A stretch of DNA of 54,599 nucleotides from Thermoanaerobaculia bacterium. Its GTDB lineage: Bacteria > Acidobacteriota > Thermoanaerobaculia > Gp7-AA8. Below the pieces are notes generated by a model. The model did no database searches. It worked only from the letters and a program-made list of their open reading frames with translations, and was not told the origin of the DNA. Both the position numbers and the translations under genes were made by a program. The stretch is taken from contig JBPPMG010000486.1 of the NCBI GenBank assembly GCA_051305935.1, positions 1 through 54,599 on the forward strand, in the 5' to 3' direction. Below are positions 12,279-22,007 of this stretch, piece by piece. Within the stretch, counting starts at the first letter, position 1; each line of letters opens with the position of its first letter.

Positions 12279-13048
12279 TTGATCACCACCTCTAATTTTC
12301 TTATAAACTCTTGAGCCAACTGAAGATACGCCTCACTTCCCTTCGACTTGACGTCGTAGAGGAGGATCGGCTTCCCGAATGACGGAGCCTCGGCAAGCCG
12401 CACGTTGCGCGGAATCACCGTCCCGAAAACCTTGTCCCCGAAGAAGTTGCGGATCTCCTCGGCGACCTGGCGCGCGAGGTTGATCCGCTCGTCGAACATC
12501 GTGAGGATGATCCCGGCGATCTCGAGCTCGGGGTTGAGCGTCTCACGGACGCGGTCGACGGTATGCACGAGTTGGGAGACCCCTTCGAGCGCGTAATACT
12601 CGCACTGCAGCGGCACGACCACGACGTCGGCCGCGGTGAGCGCGTTCACGGTGAGGAGCCCGAGTGACGGAGGGCAGTCGATCAGGATGAAGTCGTACTC
12701 GTCGCGGGCAATCTCGACGGCTGTCTTCAGTCGATGCTCTCTGTCCTCGATCTCTGCGAGCTCGAGGTCGGCTCCGACGAGATCGATCGAGGACGGCGCG
12801 ACCATGAAGGTGGGAAGCCCCGCGTTCTGAACCACGGAGTGGATGTCATGGCCTTCGACCAGGACGCCGTACATCGAAGGGATTCCACTTTTCGGGAAGC
12901 CCGTTCCCGAGGTCGCGTTCGCCTGCGGGTCCAGGTCGATGACCAGCGTTCTTCTCTCGAGCGCAGCGAGCGCTGCGCCGAGGTTCACGGCAGTCGTCGT
13001 TTTACCGACGCCGCCTTTCTGGTTCACGATCGCGACGACAATGCCCAT
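12275..13048 (-). CDS. parA: Chromosome partitioning ATPase ParA/Soj
   Basis: NQKGGVGKTT, DLDPQAN, DCPPSLG and PRNVRLAEAPSFG. Start placed at ATG 13048. Confidence 0.97.
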   Translation of the reverse strand: MGIVVAIVNQKGGVGKTTTAVNLGAALAALERRTLVIDLDPQANATSGTGFPKSGIPSMYGVLVEGHDIHSVVQNAGLPTFMVAPSSIDLVGADLELAEIEDREHRLKTAVEIARDEYDFILIDCPPSLGLLTVNALTAADVVVVPLQCEYYALEGVSQLVHTVDRVRETLNPELEIAGIILTMFDERINLARQVAEEIRNFFGDKVFGTVIPRNVRLAEAPSFGKPILLYDVKSKGSEAYLQLAQEFIRKLEVVIK

Positions 13049-13052
13049 GATC

Positions 13053-13610
13053 TCACCCGGCAAAACGAAGAATGACCAGGAAGTTGTCCTCCCCCCTGGG
13101 AAGCCTGTGAGCCGCCTCGAGGGGGAACCCGGCGAGCCGCGGCGGCTCGGGAGAGCGCTCGAACAAGGCGACGCGCCCGTCAGTCGCGAGCTTCTCGCGT
13201 ACCAGCGGGATCCAATCTTCGGGATGCCCGACGGCGCGCGACGTGACCAGGGAGAAGCGGATCGCAGGATCGAGCTTCTCGAGAGCGCGCTGCAATCTAT
13301 CACCGAGAACCACCGAATTCAACGCGCAGACCCGGACGGCATGCTTGAGAAACGCCCATTTTCGCTGGTCGGCTTCGACCAGGTGGAAGCGTGCTTCCGG
13401 ACAGACGATCGCCATCGGAATCGCGGGGAGCCCGCCGCCGCTGCCGAAGTCGAGCACCTCTCCTTCCGGCCGGAGGATCTCCGCGGCGGCGACCGCTTCG
13501 TCGATGTGCGCGTCGATGTTTTTCCTCGCTTCCGGGCCGATCAGGTTGATCTTGACCGTCCAGCGGAGGAGCTCGTCACGGTAGGTTCGCAGTGCTGCGT
13601 CCCGGTCCAT
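13053..13610 (-). CDS. rsmG: 16S rRNA m7G527 methyltransferase
   Basis: DFGSGGGLPAIP SAM motif and VTSRAV; lies between mnmG and parA. AGGAG SD before ATG 13610. Confidence 0.9.
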   Translation of the reverse strand: MDRDAALRTYRDELLRWTVKINLIGPEARKNIDAHIDEAVAAAEILRPEGEVLDFGSGGGLPAIPMAIVCPEARFHLVEADQRKWAFLKHAVRVCALNSVVLGDRLQRALEKLDPAIRFSLVTSRAVGHPEDWIPLVREKLATDGRVALFERSPEPPRLAGFPLEAAHRLPRGEDNFLVILRFAG

Positions 13611-15507
13611 TCGCACTCCTCTCTTCGTAGCGGAGGTTCATTCGAAGCACTGCAACCGCCGCGGGTGTGATGCCGGGGATCCGCGCGGCCTGACCGAGCG
13701 AGGCGGGCTGAACCCGCGTCAGCTTCTCGACGACCTCGGCCGAGAGGCCGGGACGTGCGAATCGAAAGCCGGCCGGAATCCGAAGCGTCTCGTCGTCGCG
13801 CACATTGCGCGCTTCGCGCTCCTGCTTCTCGATGTAACCGGCATATCGGGCGCGGTTCACGACCCCTTCTTTCTCTTCGGGCGAAAGCTCGTCGAACGAT
13901 GCGGCCAGCTCGGAGAAACGCCCGGACTGTGCGCAGTGGCTGAAAAAGGGGTCGATCTCGAATTCAGGGCGCGAAACGAGGCGCGAGACCGTCGTCGGGC
14001 CAGTGATCGAAAGCCCCAGCGGCTCGAGCCACTCGAGGGTCTCCTTGTCGGGAGTGAGCTCCGCCTCGTCCATCAGGAGTCGCGCTTCGGAGGTTCGCTC
14101 CAGTCTGGCCTCGACTCGGCGGAGCCGCTCGACATCGACGATTCCGAGCGAACTGGCGAGCATCGTGAGCCGCTCGTAGACGGAGTCACAGCCGAGGAGG
14201 AGGCGGTATTCGGCGCGGGAGGTGAACATCCGATACGGTTCTTCGGTTCCGAGCGTGACGAGGTCGTCGATCATGACGCCGACGTACGCCTGCTCGCGCC
14301 CGAGAACGACGGGCTCCGCGCCTCGCAGGAACTGGACCGCGTTGATGCCGGCGAGCAACCCCTGCGCTGCCGCCTCCTCGTAGCCGGAGGTTCCGTTAAT
14401 CTGCCCGGCGAGGAAGAGTCCGTTCAGCCCGCGCACCTGCAGCGACGGCTCGAGTTGCTGTGGATTGACGAAATCGTACTCGACCGCGTAGCCGTAGCGG
14501 GCGATCTCGGCGTTCTCGAACCCCGGCATCGAGCGTACGACGGTGTCCTGGACATCGGCCGGGAGTGAGGTCGAGACGCCGTTGAGATAGAGCCACGGAT
14601 GCTCGAGCCCCTCGGGCTCGACGAAAACGAGGTGGCGCTCCTTGTCTGCGAATCGGACGACTTTGTCCTCGATCGACGGGCAGTAGCGCGGACCTGTGGC
14701 TTTGATCTGCCCCGAGAACATCGGGGAGCGATGGAGGTTCTGTCGGATGGCGTCGTGCGCGCCAGCGCCCGTGTAGGTCGTCCAGCAGGAGACCTGCCGC
14801 AGCTCGATCCGGTCGGTGAGGATCGAGAAGGGTCGGGGGTCAGTATCGCCTGGAGCGACTTCCATACGGGAGTAATCGACGGAGGTGGCTAGAACGCGCG
14901 GAGGCGTCCCGGTCTTCAGACGTCCGAGCGAGAGGCCGGCGGCGCGGAGCGAGTCCGAAAGCCCTTCGGCGGACTGCTCGCCAAAACGGCCGCCGACAAC
15001 TTTCGACTCGCCGGAGTGCATCAGCGCGCGAAGGAACGTGCCGGTCGTGACGATGACGGCGCGGGTGTCGACGCGGGAGCCGGTGGCGAGAACGACGGCC
15101 GACACGGCGTCGCCGGCGTACTCGATGCGCGCGACGACCGATTCGATGATGGTGACGAGAGGCTCGGCCGCGAGCAACCGCTGCACCGCTGCGGCGTAGA
15201 GATCGCGATCGCATTGGGCGCGGGGCCCCTGGACCGCAGGTCCTTTGGAGCGGTTGAGCACCTTGAACTGGATGCCGGACGCATCCGTTGCTTCGGCCAT
15301 CAACCCGCCGAGCGCGTCGATCTCCTTGACCAGATGCCCCTTTGCGAGCCCACCGATTGCGGGGTTGCACGACATCCTGCCGATCGCTTCGCGCTGCATC
15401 GTGACGAGCGCGACGCGGAGTCCGCCGCGTGCCACAACGCGCGCAGCTTCGGCGCCGGCGTGTCCGCCGCCGATAACGACGACGTCAAAGTGTCGCAGGT
15501 CGGGCAT
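13576..15507 (-). CDS. mnmG: tRNA uridine-5-carboxymethylaminomethyl modification enzyme
   Basis: GGGHAG.EAA, MSCNPAIGG, GPRYCPSIEDK and GQINGTSGYEEAAAQG. Confidence 0.98.
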   Translation of the reverse strand: MPDLRHFDVVVIGGGHAGAEAARVVARGGLRVALVTMQREAIGRMSCNPAIGGLAKGHLVKEIDALGGLMAEATDASGIQFKVLNRSKGPAVQGPRAQCDRDLYAAAVQRLLAAEPLVTIIESVVARIEYAGDAVSAVVLATGSRVDTRAVIVTTGTFLRALMHSGESKVVGGRFGEQSAEGLSDSLRAAGLSLGRLKTGTPPRVLATSVDYSRMEVAPGDTDPRPFSILTDRIELRQVSCWTTYTGAGAHDAIRQNLHRSPMFSGQIKATGPRYCPSIEDKVVRFADKERHLVFVEPEGLEHPWLYLNGVSTSLPADVQDTVVRSMPGFENAEIARYGYAVEYDFVNPQQLEPSLQVRGLNGLFLAGQINGTSGYEEAAAQGLLAGINAVQFLRGAEPVVLGREQAYVGVMIDDLVTLGTEEPYRMFTSRAEYRLLLGCDSVYERLTMLASSLGIVDVERLRRVEARLERTSEARLLMDEAELTPDKETLEWLEPLGLSITGPTTVSRLVSRPEFEIDPFFSHCAQSGRFSELAASFDELSPEEKEGVVNRARYAGYIEKQEREARNVRDDETLRIPAGFRFARPGLSAEVVEKLTRVQPASLGQAARIPGITPAAVAVLRMNLRYEERSANGPGRSTANLP

Positions 15508-15523
15508 CGTTCCACGTGGAACA
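15508..15523. promoter_or_regulatory. parS site 1
   Basis: CGTTCCACGTGGAACA, one mismatch to the palindromic parS TGTTCCACGTGGAACA. Confidence 0.9.
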
Positions 15524-15540
15524 GCCGCGGGAACGGGCGA

Positions 15541-15556
15541 TGTTCCACGTGGAACA
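15541..15556. promoter_or_regulatory. parS site 2
   Basis: Perfect palindrome TGTTCCACGTGGAACA. Confidence 0.93.
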
Positions 15557-15558
15557 TT

Positions 15559-16881
15559 TCACTTGCCGATGCAGAAGCGCCCGAAGATCTCGCGGAGCAC
15601 GTCGTCGGTCGAAATCGCGCCGGTCAAAGAGCCGAGCGCGTTCGCCGCGCGGCGGAGGTCGACCGCGACGATCTCCTCGCTCGCCCTCCCCTTCACGGAC
15701 GCCAGCGCCCCTTCGAGCGCCTCCGCGCACGACTCGAATGCCGCCCTCTGGCGCTCGCTCACTACCGTCGGCGCCTCTTCGGCCGTCGCGAACCGCGCCC
15801 TCACTTCCGCGTCGAGACGGGCAAGCAGCCTCGCGAGTCCGGTCCCCGACATCACCGAAATCGCGTCGCCGCTCCCGGAAGCGAGATCTCCCTTCGTAAA
15901 GATCACGATCGGGTCGAGCAGCCGCCCGATCTCCGCGCGGTCCGCGTCGGTCATCCCGCGGGTCGCATCGACCAGGTAAAGCACGAGGTCGGCCCGCGCC
16001 GCCGCGTCGCGCGCCCGACCCACGCCGATCTCTTCGATCGCGTCACCGGTCTCGCGTAGTCCCGCGGTATCGACGAACGTCACCGGGAGTCCGCCCAGGT
16101 CGACCGTCTCCCGCAAGAGGTCCCGCGTCGTTCCGGGGAGCGGGGTCACGATCGCCCTCTCCGTTCCACAAAGAAAATTGAGCAGCGTCGATTTTCCCGC
16201 GTTCGGAAGGCCGAGGATCACTGCCGTGAGCCCGGCCTGAATCGCATGCCCTCGTGCCCACGTCGCGGCCGTTCCCCGGACCTCTCGCAGGAGCGATTCG
16301 AGCGAGCGGATCGCCTCCTCGCGACCGATGAACTCATACCCTTCGTCCGAGAAATCGAGCGCCGCCTCGAACCGGGAGATCATGTCGAGCAAGGACGCTC
16401 GCATCGATTCCGACGCCCTGCTGAGCTCACCCGTCAGATTCCGCAGCGACAAGCGCGCCTGAAGCGCCGTTCTCGCGTCGACCAGATCGACGATCGCTTC
16501 CGCCTGCACCAGGTCGAGCTTCCCGTTCAGCACGGCCCTCTCGGTGAACTCTCCCGGCTCCGCCAGGCGCGCTCCTCGACGGCAAACAACCCCCATCAGC
16601 TGCGCGACGAGATACGCGCTTCCGTGGAGGCTCACCTCGACGAGATCGTTCCCGGTGTAGGAAGCCGGTGCCCGGTAGACTACGACGACCGCGTCATCAA
16701 TCGACGAGCCTGCGTCTCGGAGCACGGTATGTGTCGCACGCCGCGGTTCGAACTCACGCCCGGCGAGCCCCTCGACGATCGCGACCGCTTCCGGTCCGTC
16801 GATCCGAACCACCGCGATCGCGCTGCGCCCAGGCGCCGTCGCCGTCGCTACGATCGTGTCGGCCCCGGGGCCGGAGCTCAC
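15559..16881 (-). CDS. mnmE: tRNA modification GTPase
   Basis: DTIVA.AT, GEFTERA.LNGK, GLPNAGKSTL, GTTRD, DTAGLR and C-terminal FCIGK. Confidence 0.98.
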   Translation of the reverse strand: MSSGPGADTIVATATAPGRSAIAVVRIDGPEAVAIVEGLAGREFEPRRATHTVLRDAGSSIDDAVVVVYRAPASYTGNDLVEVSLHGSAYLVAQLMGVVCRRGARLAEPGEFTERAVLNGKLDLVQAEAIVDLVDARTALQARLSLRNLTGELSRASESMRASLLDMISRFEAALDFSDEGYEFIGREEAIRSLESLLREVRGTAATWARGHAIQAGLTAVILGLPNAGKSTLLNFLCGTERAIVTPLPGTTRDLLRETVDLGGLPVTFVDTAGLRETGDAIEEIGVGRARDAAARADLVLYLVDATRGMTDADRAEIGRLLDPIVIFTKGDLASGSGDAISVMSGTGLARLLARLDAEVRARFATAEEAPTVVSERQRAAFESCAEALEGALASVKGRASEEIVAVDLRRAANALGSLTGAISTDDVLREIFGRFCIGK

Positions 16882-17747
16882 GACTCCGCGGGAGCGTCGC
16901 CCAGCGGCGTCTGCCGCGGCGCGATGACCACGCGCTTGTAGAACCCTTCGCCACGCGAGTACGTCTCGACGTCGGCATCGTCGCGCAACGCCATATGGAT
17001 GATGCGCCGTTCGACCGGAGACATCGGAGGGAGCGCCTTTTCGCGCCCCTCTTCCCGAACGACCCCGGCAAGCTCGTGCGCCTGGCGTTCGAGGTCACCA
17101 ATCCGCTTTTCACGGAATTCACCGCAGTCGAGCTCGACGGTCTTTCCGCTATTTCGTAGTATAAGTGTTTTGTTTGCAATAATTTGCAGAGAGTCAATCA
17201 ACTCGCCGTGCTTCGCCATGAGCCTGCCGGCGTCGCGTCCGTAGAGCCGCGCGGTCACCTTGTCGTCGCTCTCCTCGACTCGGGCGTCGAGGAGGAATCC
17301 GCAGCGGTCGAACAGGTCTTCGAGCCACACGCGGAGCTCTTTCGCGAGCGGAGCTTCGTTTTCAGAGACTGGCGGCGCCGGCCCGGTGTCGACGACCGGA
17401 TCGGGAGCGCTCTCGCGTGGCGCACGGTCGCGTCGCTCGTCCGGGCCTCCCCGCCTGCGGCCCCCGCCTCGTCCGCCCCGGTCACGATCCTGGCTTCCAC
17501 GTGCACCTCGCTCCCTGGCAGGTGCCGGGGGTGGAAAGAGAGGCACGTGCCGCGGAGGCGGTTCGTCGGCTCGGTTGCCGATATCGTCTTCCCACGCCTC
17601 GATGACGACGCGCTTGGTTCCGCCGAGAAAACCGCGCTTCTCCACGACGACATTGTGCGCAAGCCGCTGGCGCTCAACGCCGAGGGCTTCTGCCGCGTGG
17701 TCGAGCGCCTCCTCGACGTTCTTTCCTTCGAATCGCCGGAGACTCAT
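16878..17747 (-). CDS. jag: Jag/KhpB (EloR) RNA-binding protein
   Basis: Jag_N (GKNVEEAL...GFLG), KH-like region and R3H motif ERRIIH. Start placed at ATG 17747 behind GAGGTG. Confidence 0.9.
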   Translation of the reverse strand: MSLRRFEGKNVEEALDHAAEALGVERQRLAHNVVVEKRGFLGGTKRVVIEAWEDDIGNRADEPPPRHVPLFPPPAPARERGARGSQDRDRGGRGGGRRRGGPDERRDRAPRESAPDPVVDTGPAPPVSENEAPLAKELRVWLEDLFDRCGFLLDARVEESDDKVTARLYGRDAGRLMAKHGELIDSLQIIANKTLILRNSGKTVELDCGEFREKRIGDLERQAHELAGVVREEGREKALPPMSPVERRIIHMALRDDADVETYSRGEGFYKRVVIAPRQTPLGDAPAES

Positions 17748-17758
17748 TCCATCCACCT

Positions 17759-19423
17759 CTATTTACCCGTCTCGACGGGGTGCGTCTTCCACCAGCGGTT
17801 CGTCGCGATCTGCTGGATGATCGACAGAACGTTCTGCACCAGCCAGTAGAGAACGAGCCCGCTCGGGAAGTCCTTGAAAATGAAGCCGAAGACGAACGGC
17901 ATGATCATGAGCACCCGCGCCTGCACGGGGTCGATCGTCGTCGGCGTCAGCCTCTGCTGGATGACCATCGTGATGGTCATCAGGATCGGCGTCAAGTAGT
18001 ACGGATCTCTCGACGCGAGGTCGGTGATCCAGAGGATCCACTCGGCGCCGCGCAGCTCGATCGCCTGCGAGAGCAGCGAGTAGAACGCCCAGAGAATCGG
18101 AAGCTGCAGCAGGATCGGGAAGCATCCGCTCATCGGATTGATCCCTTCCACCTGGTAGAGCTTCATCATGTCTTCGTTGAGCTTCTGCCGCTGCGCCGGG
18201 TCGGTCTTCGCCTTCTTGTACTTGTCGCGCAGCGCGTTGACCTTCGGCTGCACCTGCTGCATCTTGCGCATCGAGACGATGCTCTTGTGCTGGAGCGGGA
18301 AGAGCGCGAGCTTGATGACGATCGTCAACAGGACGATCGCCCACCCGTAGTTGTTCGTGTAGCCGTGAATCCAGACGAGCGCGTAGAGGAGACCGCGCGC
18401 GATCGGGCTGAACCAGCCGAGGTGTAAGGCGGACTCGAGGCCGTAGGCTTCGAGCAGATCAGCTTCCTTCGGCCCGAAGAATGCCTTGCCTTCGATCAAT
18501 CCGTTCGCCGCGTTGAGCCCGGCGAGCAGCTCCTGTCGGGGACGCGCCTTCTCCTCCGCAGCGGGAATGTCGATCCGGCGGAAAAGCGCGGCAGTCGGGC
18601 GCGCTGGCTGAAGCGCCGCGAGGAAGTAGTTGTCCTCGACGCCGATCCAAGTGGCCGGCTGCTCGAGGACCATCAATGCGGAGGCCTTCTCCTTCTTGAT
18701 GAGATCGATGTCTCCGTCCTGCTCCACGATGCCATTGCCGGCGACGAGGAACTGGCTGCTCTCCCCGTGCTCGATCTCGTGAACGCCGGGGCCGATGAGC
18801 GCACGGAACCTGCCGTCGAATCCGCGCGACTCGACCCGGAACGAGAACCGGTAGCGCTCGCCGAACTCGAAGCGCTTGACGATGGAGCGGCCCTTCGCGT
18901 CCGAGATCCTGAACTCGAGCGAGCCCTTGCCGCTGTCGACGTTGTCGGTCACGACGTAGAGCCCGTGGTTCGCCAGGTGATTGAACGAGGCGTCGGTGCT
19001 CTCGATGTAGAACGGCCGGTAGCCCGCGAGCGCCTCCTGGCGCACGAGCTCGACCGACTGCCCTTCCTTCTCCGTGTAGCGCTTCAAGCGGAACGAGACG
19101 AGCTGCGCGCCACGATTCGTGAAAACCGCGCGCACGTCGGACGATTCGATCGTCGTCGTCGTCTCTGCCTGCGCGGCTTCGGCGATCGCCGCCGGGGCGG
19201 CACCGACGACGGCATCCGCTGGCGTCGAAGTCGCGGCCGATCCGGAAGCCGTGGAAGGCGCGCCTTCCGGCTGCGGCGCTGGCGTCGCAGTCTCCGAAGA
19301 CGACTCCGTCACTGGCGCTACCGGCTTCTGCGCAAGATCGGGAAAGAGCTTCGGAACGAGAAGCGAATAGATCCAGAGAAAGAGAAGAGACAGACCTACT
19401 GCAATGAAGAGACGTTTTTCCAT
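17759..19423 (-). CDS. yidC: Membrane protein insertase
   Basis: NYGWAIVLLTIVIK, NPMSGCFP.LLQ.P and PSGLVLYW.V.N. Confidence 0.97.
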   Translation of the reverse strand: MEKRLFIAVGLSLLFLWIYSLLVPKLFPDLAQKPVAPVTESSSETATPAPQPEGAPSTASGSAATSTPADAVVGAAPAAIAEAAQAETTTTIESSDVRAVFTNRGAQLVSFRLKRYTEKEGQSVELVRQEALAGYRPFYIESTDASFNHLANHGLYVVTDNVDSGKGSLEFRISDAKGRSIVKRFEFGERYRFSFRVESRGFDGRFRALIGPGVHEIEHGESSQFLVAGNGIVEQDGDIDLIKKEKASALMVLEQPATWIGVEDNYFLAALQPARPTAALFRRIDIPAAEEKARPRQELLAGLNAANGLIEGKAFFGPKEADLLEAYGLESALHLGWFSPIARGLLYALVWIHGYTNNYGWAIVLLTIVIKLALFPLQHKSIVSMRKMQQVQPKVNALRDKYKKAKTDPAQRQKLNEDMMKLYQVEGINPMSGCFPILLQLPILWAFYSLLSQAIELRGAEWILWITDLASRDPYYLTPILMTITMVIQQRLTPTTIDPVQARVLMIMPFVFGFIFKDFPSGLVLYWLVQNVLSIIQQIATNRWWKTHPVETGK

Positions 19424-19424
19424 T

Positions 19425-19655
19425 TCAGGGAACGGGGTCCCACCCTCCTGGGTTGAGCGGATGGCAGCGCAGAAGCCTCCGCGCGCCGAGCCAGACTCCG
19501 CGCATGATGCCGTATTTCTCGATGGCCTGCATCGCGTAAACCGAGCAGGTCGGCTCGAAGCGGCACATCGGCGGCAACAGCGGGGAGATGAAACGCTTGT
19601 ACCCGCGGAGCGCGAGGACTGCTCCGTCTCGCGGGAAGGTAGTGAGCCGGCTCAT
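19425..19655 (-). CDS. yidD: Membrane protein insertion efficiency factor
   Basis: ISPLLPP.CRF.PTCS.YA...RCHP..PGG.DPVP. Start placed at ATG 19655. Confidence 0.95.
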   Translation of the reverse strand: MSRLTTFPRDGAVLALRGYKRFISPLLPPMCRFEPTCSVYAMQAIEKYGIMRGVWLGARRLLRCHPLNPGGWDPVP

Positions 19656-20047
19656 CGCGCGGCACTCCGCGACGTCGCCTTCTCGAGAGTCCGCTGCAGG
19701 TCGGATGCGAAGTCGCAAAACTCGACGCTGGTCGCGGACGGCTTGACGTTGACGACGATGTCGACATGTTTCGTCGAAAGCCCCAGGGGAAGGCGCGCAC
19801 GGCGATAAACCTCCCTCACCCAGCGTTTTGCTCGATTTCTGAAGACTGCATTTCCGAACTTCTTCGTGACGGTCACGCCGATGCGCGGCTCGTTACGCTC
19901 GTTCGCCAGAACGAAAACGACCACGAAACGCCCATGCGTCTTCGTGCCGTTCTCGTAGGCTCGCAGGAAGTCGGCCCGCTTCTGAATCCTCCCGGAGCGC
20001 GGAAGCCCCTCGGAGGGTCGGACGCCGGCAAGCGGAGCGTCCGTCAT
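19652..20047 (-). CDS. rnpA: Ribonuclease P protein component
   Basis: [22 protein letters not shown] motif; conserved position. Confidence 0.93.
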   Translation of the reverse strand: MTDAPLAGVRPSEGLPRSGRIQKRADFLRAYENGTKTHGRFVVVFVLANERNEPRIGVTVTKKFGNAVFRNRAKRWVREVYRRARLPLGLSTKHVDIVVNVKPSATSVEFCDFASDLQRTLEKATSRSAAR

Positions 20048-20064
20048 GATTCAGCCGCGAGAAT

Positions 20065-20202
20065 CTAGACGGAAAGGCGCTTGCGGCCTTTGCGACGGCG
20101 GCGCGAAAGGACGGCCCGGCCATCCTTCGTGCGCATCCGCTCGAGGAAGCCGTGAGTCCGCTTGCGGCGGCGGTTATTGGGCTGAAACGTACGCTTCACC
20201 AT
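20065..20202 (-). CDS. rpmH: 50S ribosomal protein L34
   Basis: [34 protein letters not shown]. Confidence 0.97.
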   Translation of the reverse strand: MVKRTFQPNNRRRKRTHGFLERMRTKDGRAVLSRRRRKGRKRLSV

Positions 20203-20379
20203 GGTTAACTTCCAATCTGCGATAGAGTTAGGATAAGGCGGGGAGTATAGACACGGAGACACTTCCGGTCAACCCGCCGGGACAGTCGGCCAAACGCCTT
20301 GCCCCCTGGTGCTATTCCACGAATCGGTGATTGCCACCCGTAGGTCGCTGTGCTATTCTCCGCAGCCCTTTGCCAGTCG

Positions 20380-20414
20380 CAGCTTTTCCACAATTGTGGA
20401 AAAGCTGTGGAATT
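20380..20414. promoter_or_regulatory. DnaA-box cluster upstream of dnaA
   Basis: TTTTCCACA (20384-20392), TGTGGAAAA (20395-20403) and TGTGGAATT (20406-20414). The first two sit in a perfect 28-bp palindrome. Confidence 0.8.
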
Positions 20415-20441
20415 ACAACGGGATAGCCGGTCTGCCTCATC

Positions 20442-21752
20442 ATGAATCTCTGGGATCAGGTTCTCATCCAGCTGAAGGCAGAACTCACGGGCGCCGAGTT
20501 CGACGCCTGGCTCAGGGACACCGAGCTTCTGGCCCGCAAGGGAGACAAACTCGAGATCCGCGTCCCGAACGACCGCGCGGCCGGCGAGATCTCAGAGCGC
20601 TTCGGCCTTCGAATCCGCGAGATTCTCGACAACATCTCCTCTACTCGGACTTTCGCGACGTTCGTCGCCGACGCATCGTCGTCCAGCGCACTCACGATTC
20701 CTGCCGCTCCGTCCGCTCCCGACCCGGAGATCATCTCGTCGGTCTTCAACCCGCGCTACAAGTTCGAAACCTTCGTTCAGGGCCCCTCGAACCAACTGGC
20801 GTTCGCCGCGTCTCTGTCGGTGGCCGAGAATCCCAGCGGCTCGTTCAACCCGCTCTTCATCTACGGAGGCGCGGGGCTCGGCAAGACACACCTGATCCAG
20901 GCAATCGGCCAGCAGATCCGGGAAAAGCGCCCGACGATGAAAGTCGTCTACATGTCTGCCGACAACTTCGTGAACGAGCTCATCTCGTCGATCCGTTACG
21001 ACCGGATGTCGCAGTTTCGCGATCGTTATCGATCGATCGACGCTCTGCTCCTCGACGACATCCAGTTCCTCGCGGGAAAGGAACGGACGCAGGAAGAGTT
21101 CTTTCACACCTTCAACTCGCTCTACGAAGCGCAGAAGCAGATCGTTTTCACCTCCGATGCTCCGCCGCGCGACATCCCTACCCTCGAGGAGCGTCTCCGT
21201 TCCCGCTTCGAGTGGGGGCTGACGGCCGATATCCAGCCTCCCGATCTCGAGACGAAGATCGCGATCCTTCGCAAGAAGGCCGAAGAAAAGCGAATCTCTT
21301 TGCCGAATGACGTGGCGCTGTTCATCGCCGAACGCGTGCGCTCGAATATTCGCGAGCTCGAAGGTCACCTGAATCGCGTCACCGCGTACGCATCGCTTTC
21401 CGGGCACTCGATCTCTCTCGACCTGACGAAGGAGGCTCTTCGCGACCTTCTCGCGAAGGAGAACAAGCCGATCTCCGCGCAGGAGATTCTCCGTGTCGTC
21501 GCCGGCCACTACGGCATCAAGGTCGCGGAGATCAAGTCGAAATCGAACTCACGTCCCATCGCCTACCCGCGACAGATCGCGATGTATCTCTGCAAGACGC
21601 TCACGGACCTCTCGTATCCGGAGATCGGAAAGATCTTCAACAACAAGCATCACTCGACGGTGATCTACTCGGTCGAGAAGATCGAACGGTTGAAAGACGA
21701 AGACCCGGCCGTGAGCAACACTCTCGACAACCTGACGAAGCACTTTCGATGA
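20442..21752 (+). CDS. dnaA: Chromosomal replication initiator
   Basis: [33 protein letters not shown] and RQIAMYL. Confidence 0.99.
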   Translation: MNLWDQVLIQLKAELTGAEFDAWLRDTELLARKGDKLEIRVPNDRAAGEISERFGLRIREILDNISSTRTFATFVADASSSSALTIPAAPSAPDPEIISSVFNPRYKFETFVQGPSNQLAFAASLSVAENPSGSFNPLFIYGGAGLGKTHLIQAIGQQIREKRPTMKVVYMSADNFVNELISSIRYDRMSQFRDRYRSIDALLLDDIQFLAGKERTQEEFFHTFNSLYEAQKQIVFTSDAPPRDIPTLEERLRSRFEWGLTADIQPPDLETKIAILRKKAEEKRISLPNDVALFIAERVRSNIRELEGHLNRVTAYASLSGHSISLDLTKEALRDLLAKENKPISAQEILRVVAGHYGIKVAEIKSKSNSRPIAYPRQIAMYLCKTLTDLSYPEIGKIFNNKHHSTVIYSVEKIERLKDEDPAVSNTLDNLTKHFR

Positions 21753-22007
21753 GCTGGCGAGATTTCCGCGGCAACCTGTCGAATCGAGCGCGAAACGCTG
21801 CGGAAAACGCGAAGGCGTCGAAGGGCGCGTTCGATGCCTGTGGAAACCTCCAACCTGGCAGTCGGCTTTTCCGCGACGATCTTCACAAGTCGCAGAATGA
21901 AGACTGCTATACTTTCGAGTCACTTACGGGCGCTTCTGCATTTTCCGCGCGCTCTTCCGTCTGCTTCTTCTGACTTAAATAGAATTTAGTTAATCAGGAA
22001 ACGATCG
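21753..22007. other. Putative oriC (dnaA-dnaN intergenic region)
   Basis: Degenerate boxes TGCGGAAAA (21799), TGTGGAAAC (21839) and TTTTCCGCG (21867, 21941), then CTN trinucleotide repeats (21961-21972) and an AT-rich tract (21974-21995). Confidence 0.65.
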
